Shown here one piece after another: positions 55,734-64,000 of a DNA stretch of 64,000 nt. Within the stretch, counting starts at the first letter, position 1, and each line of letters opens with the position of its first letter. Location of the stretch: positions 186,001 through 250,000 of the forward strand of contig JAANOX010000136.1 of assembly GCA_020184695.1 (NCBI GenBank), given 5' to 3'. The position numbers and the translations under genes are program-made. Below the pieces are notes generated by a model. The model was not told where the DNA came from. It saw only the letters and a program-made list of their open reading frames with translations, and made no database searches. The DNA is from Histomonas meleagridis 2922-C6/04-290x. Its lineage: Eukaryota; Protista; Parabasalia.

Positions 55734-57037
55734 GGGGGCGCAAAAAGTTCTGACCCCACCCCCGTTTTTTGAAGAATAAAAAAGATATATTTTTTTAATT
55801 AACTTTTATTTATGGAAGTACTCTCCTTGATTCTCAATCACCCATTCAAACCTTTTTATCCATGCTTCAAACACCATTTGAAGCTCTTCGAAAATGACAC
55901 CGTCGAATATGCGTATAATTTCATTTTTTGAATCTTCTTCTAAATTTATCTCCACACCCTTTAGGTTTTTTTTTGCCAATCCAAAGAACCAAAAATAGCA
56001 TGGGCTTATATCTTGTGAATAAGGTGGGTGAGGGATTTCATTAATTTTTTCTTCTTGAGTTTTGAGTAACAAGTGACCCATTATGAATTGGTGAGTTATC
56101 CATATGTATCTTTATGTTTTTTCAAATGTGGCTGCTTCTTGTCATAGTCAACATTTGCAAAAAATGTAAAATAATATAATCAATGAAGTATTGCTGATTA
56201 AATTTGCAATTAGGATATAATGTATTAATACATAGCATTTTTGTCCCATTGAAGATAACTGTAATCATTGTTTCTTTGGATTGGATTTTCTAGATACTAT
56301 CGATGGCACCTGATCACGTGATTCAGCATATATTTCTCTATATTCATATGCATAATAGAACCACGACTCGTCATCAGTCATAATTGTATTAGAAAAGTTT
56401 TTTCTGGCTTTGATCAATTTATCTAAAATTTCTTTGCAATACTCGACCCTTTTTTTTTATAGTTATCCGATAGCATATGAGGAATCCACCTTTTTCGATA
56501 ATTTTTTAAATCAAGGTCATTATTAATTAAAACAGATAAAATACAATTTGGTGAATTACCTAGTTATGCTGCAATATATTTTGAGAATAAAAATGGTTGT
56601 TCTTCAAGCATTTCTCTGATTTGATCAATTATATTAATTTTAAGCCTTCCACTCCTTGGTAAATCATTACAACTTAGGTCACTTGAAGAAAATTTTTTAC
56701 ACCAGCGTTTGACACTTGAAAGTGAGATATTAGATTGAGGGAGAGCAGTACTTATTTCCCTATATTTTGATCGATATTCCATTCCTTGCAGAAAATAATA
56801 TTTGACAACAATTTTGAGCTCCGACTTTTCCATTAAATTTTGTGGTGGAAAAAGTGACGATTTTGAATGGGGAAAAAAATTCAATCACTTATATTTCAAT
56901 ATGTAAATAAAATTTTTAAAAAATATTTAAACATGCATTGAGTTTATACATTATAGTTTTTATTTATATATAATTTATTTTTCTAGATCAAAAGGATATC
57001 AAGAAAAGGGGGTGGGGTCAGGACTTTTTGCACCCCC
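55734..57037 (-). mobile_element. Tc1/mariner DNA transposon, 1304 bp, non-functional copy
   Basis: 30-bp TIRs at 55734-55763 and 57008-57037 (2 mismatches); TA duplication at 55732-33 and 57038-39; fragmented transposase inside. Confidence 0.95.
55806..56833 (-). pseudogene. Mariner-type transposase remnant
   Basis: N-terminal HTH-like region (VKRWCKKF..DLPRSGR), MTDDESWF (TGDESW-like), HPPYSQDISPCYFWFFG (HPPYSPDLAPSDF with the third catalytic D replaced by Y), C-terminal GEYF. Stops and frameshifts between them. Confidence 0.9.
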
Positions 57038-59515
57038 TATATCTTTAGCATTTATATCAATTCCTTTATGTCCGAGAAGTAATTTAACAACATCTATTTG
57101 ATTATTTTCAGTTGCTAAAATAAGTGCTGTTTTAAATAATTTATAAAAATCCCAAATATTATTTCAAAATATCATGTTATTAAAAGTAATATTATTGAAA
57201 ATAATTAAATACCTTTAGCATTTATGTTCAAGAAGTATTTTAACTATTTTTATATGACCATTTATAGTTGCAAACATAAGTGCAGTTTGAAATGATTTTT
57301 ATAATTTCCAAATTTTATTTTGTAATTTTATGATATTGAAATTAATATTAATATTAATAAATAAACATTGTTAGCATTAATATCAAATCCTCCTTGCTCA
57401 AGAAGTAATTTAAGTGCCTCAGAATGACCACGAAACAATGAAATCATAAATAACGTTTCAAATATTATTTTGAATTTATAAAACATTTAAATAAGTTTTA
57501 AATAAAATAAAAAAATGTTTTTGTTTACGACATCAATTCTTTCTTCTTCAAGAATAAATTTAATAAGTTCAATATTTTCGATCTTTAAAGTTGAAGTAAT
57601 TAATATCTTTTTAAACTTATTTTCAAGAAAACATTTAACTAAAAATAAATTACTAATTACTAATGATTCATATATAACACCATTAACTTCCATTCCTTTA
57701 TTTTTAATAAAAAATAATAACAATTCATAATTATAAGAAGAAATACATTTTCTTATTAACATATTAAAATTAGGAACTCCAAAAATTTTATTTTCATAAA
57801 TATAATCAAAAATATCATTTCGATGAAATTCTATTACAATTTCAAGTGATTCCGAGAAAGACGAATGATGTTGTTCACACAAATGAATAATTTCAAGATT
57901 TCCACCAGCAATTGCATATTTCCCAGTATTCACTAAGCGAGAATTATTTAAAATTAAATGTTTAAAACATTTAATTGAACCAAAAAATGCTGCATAGTCA
58001 ATAAGTGTAACACTATTTTTATTAACAAATGAACATCTTTCATAAAGTGATGGATGAATTAGTTGACTAAAATTAAAATTTTCTTGTGATGATACTTCTT
58101 GAAGTTTTTCTATATCATCATTTCGAATTTGGCAATTTCATTCGGATTATGTCCTTCTTCAATGAATTGCTAATGTAGTTTCCAATCATTCTTTGTTAGT
58201 TCTTCAAGATTATCAGTTATCTCATCGTAAAATTGCTGGTTATTTAAAAAATTGATTTCGCTTTTGGTTTTATAATGTATAAAATATAATGTTTTTTTGT
58301 TCTTAACGAAATCTTTATGTATCATATCGGCTATCTATCATCTTTTCAAGTAAGTAATTTGATTCTTGTGTATCTGAATTAAAAAGGAATTGTGCAAAAA
58401 TATTGATAATAGTTTGAGGAGGTTTATTATTTTCTTTTTGCTGTATAACTTTTATAAAATTTAAACATATGGTAAAATCAATTATCCTTGAAACAAAAGC
58501 TGAATAAATCAATTGACTAATGATCAGATTTATTGAATTTATGAAATTTTTATCAAACAAATTCAATATTATTAGGGTCGATTCAACCATATTTTTTTCG
58601 TTTAAATCGTGAATAATTTTTTGAGCATCTACAAATTTATTGAGACAATTTAATTGGCTTTCACTTAATTTGTATCCCATTTAAGACGTGTGACACTTTT
58701 TGTAATCAACTGAAATTCTGATGATGTACTCACAATAGAATTAAATGAATGAAAAATCATCGTACTTATATTCAAAGGTGACCATTTTTTAATTTGGATT
58801 TTGCAACTTCTATGATAGAAAAAAACTAGAATTGGATGAAATTGACTGCAAAATCATTGACCATGTTGAAGATTTTGACTTTAATGATTTAAATCTTCCT
58901 ATCAATGATATACAAAAACAATTCATCATCACATTCTAAATCTTTTTGTAGTGAGTTTAAAGCAGTTGTTATATGTTTCGGGATTTTAATGATATTTTTC
59001 ACAAGAATTTTCTTTTGCTCGCTTTTTATTCTGCGTAATGAATTCAAGATATCTTGAAGCTAAGTGACAGAATCCTGACCATGATTTCTATGAAATGCCT
59101 ACTCTTCTCCTTTGGTTATATTGGATGCATTATTTTTTCATAATAGCTTCTTATCACATTTTTTATTCTTTTAATTTTTGAGTTGAAAATTTTAATACCA
59201 TTTTACCACTATTTGTTAGCGGCGCTTTTATTCTGTGTATAGTAACGCCAATATCCATTAGAGAAAATGAAGTTATATAAAATGCATTTAGTAATTTACA
59301 AAGTTATACATCATATGAAAGTGCCATTCATGATATGGTTGAACTTCCATCAAATTATATGAAAATCATACAATGAAATATGATATAAAATATTCTATTT
59401 ATCAAATTTTGATTCATATAAATTTATATTAATCAAATTTCATGTGTTAATGATAATGTATGAAAACAAACTGAATTTATAAAATGTTTATTTCAATATT
59501 TAAATATTACCTCTT

Positions 59516-61222
59516 TTATCCTTGTGAATCTTTTAATTTTATTATGTCGTCACATTTATGATGTAGAATTTTGTTTGCAAATAATCGAATAATTTCTGCA
59601 TTTTTCTTTTCTGATGATATCATAAGCGCTGTTTTATATGTTTATAAGTAATTCCAAATGTTTATATGAAATTTCATATTTTTTAAAAATACTTTAAATA
59701 AAACAAATATATATCTTTAGCATTAATATCAATTCCTTCTTGTTCAAGAAGTAATTTAACTATTTCTGTATGACCTTTTTCAGATGCCCAAATAAGTGCT
59801 GTATCATATAATTTAAATAATTTCCAAATATTATTTTGAAATATTAAATTATTAAAATAAATATTAAATAAAACAAATAAATATCTTTAGCATTAATATC
59901 AATTCCTTCTTGTTCAAGAAGTAATTTAACTATTTCTGTGTAACCATAATAAGATGCTCTAATAAGTGCTGTATCATATAATTTAAATAATTTCCAAATA
60001 TTATTTTGAAATAAGAAATTATTAAAATAAATATCAAATAAAACAAATATATACTTTTAGCATTAATATCAATTCCTTTTTGTTTTAAAATGTATTTAAC
60101 AAGTTCAATGTTTCCTGAAGATGAAGCAAAAACCAAAATATCTTCTGGAAGTTGATTATTTTTATGGAAATATTCAACTAAAAAAATATTTCCAGTTTTT
60201 GCTGCTTCATTAATGATATTTTCATTTATTTTCATTCCTTCGTTTTCTAAATATGTAAAAATTTCATAATTAAAATATGAAACACATTTTTCTCCTAATT
60301 CTTCTAATTTATTAATTTCTTCAATTTTATTTTCATAAAGATAATGAAAAATATCATTTTGTTGAAATTTAATTGCTGTTTCATATGCATTTTGAAAAGA
60401 TGAATGATTCTGTTCACACAAATGAATGATTTCTTCATTTCCACCTGCAATTGCATATTTACCTGTGTTTTCTATATTTGCACCATTCATAAGTAAATAT
60501 TTAAAACATTTAACAGAAGAAAAAAATGCTGCATAATCAATTAATGTAACATTATATTTATTAATAAATGAACATCTTTCATAAAGTGATCGTTCAATTG
60601 TTTGATTAAAATCGAATTCATTTTGTGATGATATTTCTTGTAGTTTTTCGATTTCATCATTTCGAATTATTTTTGCAATTTCATTTGGATTAATTCCTTC
60701 TTTAATCAATTGCTTATGAAGTGCAAAATCATTCTTCGAAAGTTCTTCATAAGAAATATTTTCCTCAATAAATAAATATTCATATTCATCTGAGTGATCT
60801 TGATTAATATGAACAAAAAATGGTTCACATATATTTTGGATGATTTTTGTTTCAAGTAAATTATACTTAATCATGTAATTAAGTAGATAAAATGATTCTT
60901 GTGTGTTTTCTTTAAGTAGAAATTGAGAAAATAAATTTATTATTTTTGAGTTTATCTTATTATTTTCTTCATATTTTTCAATTTCTTGTAATAATCTCAA
61001 ATATATATCAAAATTATTACTATTAATCAGAAGAGATGTATATATCATTCGGCTTATAATGAAATCATAAGATATTGGATATTCTTTACGGAAATTGGTG
61101 GTAATATAATTTGCTGATTGAGCAAAATTACCGATATTCAAACCAAAGATTATGTTTTTGAGCGTTGTAAATGTTTCCCATTTGTTTTTATGTTTCTGGT
61201 TTGTTGTTTGCTTTTGGTGCAT
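59516..61222 (-). CDS. DUF3447-ankyrin protein with three 68-nt spacers
   Basis: ATG at 61222 and intact DUF3447. GIDIN codons at 60076, 59906 and 59736 (period 170); TAL at +104. Removing 3x68 nt gives a 500-aa open frame ending at the stop at 59516. Confidence 0.8.
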
Positions 61223-61729
61223 TTTGAACGAATAAACTACTCAATAAAATGTAAACATTTAATAGAATTTTGTCTTTATTATCATATGATGAAAAAATAT
61301 TCAAAATAAATGAACCAATATTTGAAAAAATTGCATATATCATTGATATTTACTCATTACCGAATATCAATGATAACATTGGCCTTTACATTAAGGCGCT
61401 GAATTGAGCCCAAAAATTGCCAAAAATCAAGAAATAAATTAAATAAACATACTTTTTACGTGTAATCATTTTTTATTAAAAAAAATCCGTTCAATTGGCT
61501 GGCCCAACAATCCATGGATGTTGTCGTACATCTTTGAGCGCACAATAATATATCGCCCTGTAATTGCAAAGACAAGCGTCGATATCGAATCAATATTTCA
61601 GTCGATTAGTCACTTTCCATTTAAATTCGTGTACGATACAATATACAAACGGTCTGTATAATATGTATCGTTACATACATTTTTTGAATCAGTTCAATTG
61701 TAAACCAAAAGTCACTTTTTTCAGTTGAC

Positions 61730-62305
61730 ATGGCAGCTCCGAAGGCTGTTTTCCTTGGGGATACTGGCATTGGCAAAACAACAATTTTACTTCGGATTTA
61801 CAAGGACAAATTTACATCACAAACTGAAAGTACCATCGGTGTTTCTTTTATCACAAAAACTTTCCAATCTTCAAGTGGAAAGCAAATTGATATACACTTT
61901 TGCGACACTGCCGGACAAGAAAGATTTAGAAGCATTGTTCCTATGTATGTACGGGATTGTGCAGCAGCAATTATAGTATGCAGCGTTGATAATTACGGAA
62001 GTATTGAACATCTCCAAGAATGGTATGATTTATTAGACCAAAATAACAAAGAGTGTCCGTACATTTATGTGTTGCTCAATAAGTGCGATCTCCCAATTGA
62101 TAAAAATAATGAAAAAATGGTTGAAGCATGGGCCAATGGGAAAGAAATAACCATGTTTAAAGTAACGGCAACCATTCGAGAAAGCATTGAACCGTTTCTA
62201 TATCAACTTGTTGAAGATATTGCAAAATTAAGTGCGCCAGGTAATTCCCAATCAGTCTCTGTCAAAGCAGAAAATGGTGAAGAGAACAAAAAATGTTGTT
62301 CATAG
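61730..62305 (+). CDS. Rab-family small GTPase
   Basis: GDTGIGKTT, STIGVSF, DTAGQERF, NKCD, C-terminal CCS prenylation motif. Confidence 0.95.
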   Translation: MAAPKAVFLGDTGIGKTTILLRIYKDKFTSQTESTIGVSFITKTFQSSSGKQIDIHFCDTAGQERFRSIVPMYVRDCAAAIIVCSVDNYGSIEHLQEWYDLLDQNNKECPYIYVLLNKCDLPIDKNNEKMVEAWANGKEITMFKVTATIRESIEPFLYQLVEDIAKLSAPGNSQSVSVKAENGEENKKCCS

Positions 62306-62748
62306 TATCCATTTGTTGATAAAATATTTTGTTTCGTTATTAATTTTCGTTCATTTTCTAAAACTTCTCGAAACTGCAGCTTTTTCACCAAGACCTGTTG
62401 CATTTTTGCATAGTTTTTTTCTTCTAAATTTATCAGCCAAAGTTACACGTTTTCACGCGAAAAAAAGAGAACCAACAACTTGCTCATTCAAATTTCATCC
62501 ATTCAATCACGTTGCAATATTTCAATAAACAATTTTTTCCATTCATTCAAAATTGAATGCAGAGATTCTATTTTAAAGCGCTGTGAAGCAACTGTAAAAA
62601 TGGCTTTCGATTTCATTCACAATAAAGTTAAGCGAAATCTAATTTCATTACGACAGCTCCATGAAAACGATTTTTTTTCTATATCATTTGATTATATAAC
62701 TTAATAATAATTTTTTTCATAATTTCGAAGTGCTTTACATTATAAAAA

Positions 62749-64000
62749 TTATTTATTTACATCATCACCATCTGACACTATATCCTTAAAAGATGCTATT
62801 GCCCAGTCCACAGCCGAAGTCCCCATTTTCGTCACTGCCAAAAACTCCAAAATTTTCTCGTTGCTTGTTCCCGAGAAATCTGTTTGTTTATATCTCTGCA
62901 CTTTCCTACATATTCCCAACAACTTGTACATCTTTTCCTGCTTCGCCAACAGTATCACAATTGCAGCGCATATGAAAACGCCTTGTCCATATTTAGCGAA
63001 TCCATTACTTTCATTTTGTTGACGATTAGTTTCCATTAGACAATAGACGAATTCTATGATTGACCAATACGACGCGAAACATTTCATATCATTTATATCA
63101 TTTTTATTGTCGTCGTCAATGAATACATTAATTTCTTTTAATAAATCTGATTTGAACAATTCGAAAATCATTTTCAATAAATTGTTTTCATATAAATTCG
63201 GTCGACTTATTAAAGCTTTCATTGCATTTTGTTGTTCGACGTCAAACAAATTTATTATTTCAGTATGTGGATTACCTTCTTCATCATTACACTTTAAGTA
63301 ATCTAATAGTAACGCTATCTCATGATATTTCATTGATAATGATTGATCAATCATTAATGATATCATAAATATATTACCAATTCTTTGCATTGATGACAAA
63401 AGTTTTATAAAGTCCAAATCTTTAAATAAGAATTTATATGCATTTTCATAGCGTAAAAATGCTGTTTGTGTATTAGTACCAAATGGTGAATCTTTAATTC
63501 GTGTTAATTTAGGTATTAAGTTTTGATATTTTATTAGAAAGTTTTCGAATAGTTTCGGTATTTGTTGTATTATCATTTGATTTAATATAGTGATAGAACC
63601 ACTTGAAAAATCTTTAAAGAATATATAAAAATGTTGCGTCGATATAAAACCTATTGTTGGCTCTAAAATTTCTTTTAATATTTTACCTAAACTTAATTTG
63701 CCTAATAAATCAGCTGATAATTGTTGTTTCTTAGGTGGTATAAAACGTAAAGGGTTTATAAATAAGATAAACTTTGGTATGATTTGATGTAATAAATGTT
63801 GAAGTACATCTTTTAAATATTTGGAATAAAATGTTTGTAAACTTTCGTTCTTTGAAGCACGAATTATATCTTTAAAAGGCATTAAAGGTAATCCTTGTTC
63901 AATCATCATATGATGTGTTCGATATATTATATTTATCATATGAGAAATAGTTAATGCTGCTGATATACCTAATGTTTTACCCATACCATATAATCTAGAG
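62749..64000 (-). CDS. CYFIP/Sra1 (WAVE complex) family protein, C-terminal part; runs off the window
   Basis: RIGNIFMISLMIDQSL, FASYWSIIEFVYC, YGQGVFICAAIVILLAKQ match the CYFIP C-terminus; the frame stays open to the window end. Confidence 0.7.
   Translation of the reverse strand, partial: SRLYGMGKTLGISAALTISHMINIIYRTHHMMIEQGLPLMPFKDIIRASKNESLQTFYSKYLKDVLQHLLHQIIPKFILFINPLRFIPPKKQQLSADLLGKLSLGKILKEILEPTIGFISTQHFYIFFKDFSSGSITILNQMIIQQIPKLFENFLIKYQNLIPKLTRIKDSPFGTNTQTAFLRYENAYKFLFKDLDFIKLLSSMQRIGNIFMISLMIDQSLSMKYHEIALLLDYLKCNDEEGNPHTEIINLFDVEQQNAMKALISRPNLYENNLLKMIFELFKSDLLKEINVFIDDDNKNDINDMKCFASYWSIIEFVYCLMETNRQQNESNGFAKYGQGVFICAAIVILLAKQEKMYKLLGICRKVQRYKQTDFSGTSNEKILEFLAVTKMGTSAVDWAIASFKDIVSDGDDVNK

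Larger units (their letters stand above)
55330..58680 (-). pseudogene. Decayed DUF3447-ankyrin gene with spacer-split modules, disrupted by a mariner insertion
   Basis: N-terminal ORF 58680-58315; DUF3447 motifs at 57490-58150; ankyrin modules at 57540, 57390, about 57220, 57064, 55602 and 55449. Two keep the 104-nt offset; others carry deletions. Confidence 0.8.

Noticed and set aside
58700-59400. Fragmentary reading frames between two ankyrin loci, possible transposon relic
   Set aside because: No recognisable motif, TIR or TSD could be supported by eye.

Overview
AT-rich, gene-dense and apparently intron-poor eukaryotic DNA. BspA-like LRR genes, DUF3447-ankyrin genes, many small GTPases and TAAA stop/poly(A) signals point to a parabasalid (trichomonad/Histomonas-like); this assignment is inferred, not proven. 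Housekeeping genes: ER Hsp70/Grp170, twinfilin, LysM-TLDc, ABCB half-transporter, PAQR, HEAT/karyopherin, NTF2, WD40, SCY1, HECT E3, MLF, serpin, Rab and CYFIP. Accessory islands between them hold six DUF3447/ankyrin loci, two BspA loci and one decayed 1304-bp mariner element. Most striking signal: in the DUF3447-ankyrin genes each 34-aa ankyrin repeat is interrupted at the same point (the beta-hairpin, between DINAK[ND]I and TAL) by an AT-rich, frame-breaking, hairpin-containing spacer of exactly 68 nt. This gives a strict 170-nt period (8/8 units at 46090-47488; 3/3 at 59516-60076). The ankyrin 'exons' in these two arrays are stop-free, while the spacers contain stops and lack canonical GT...AG/branch-point signals. 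This suggests a non-canonical intron or recoding system attached to shuffled ankyrin modules. It needs transcript or proteomic confirmation.
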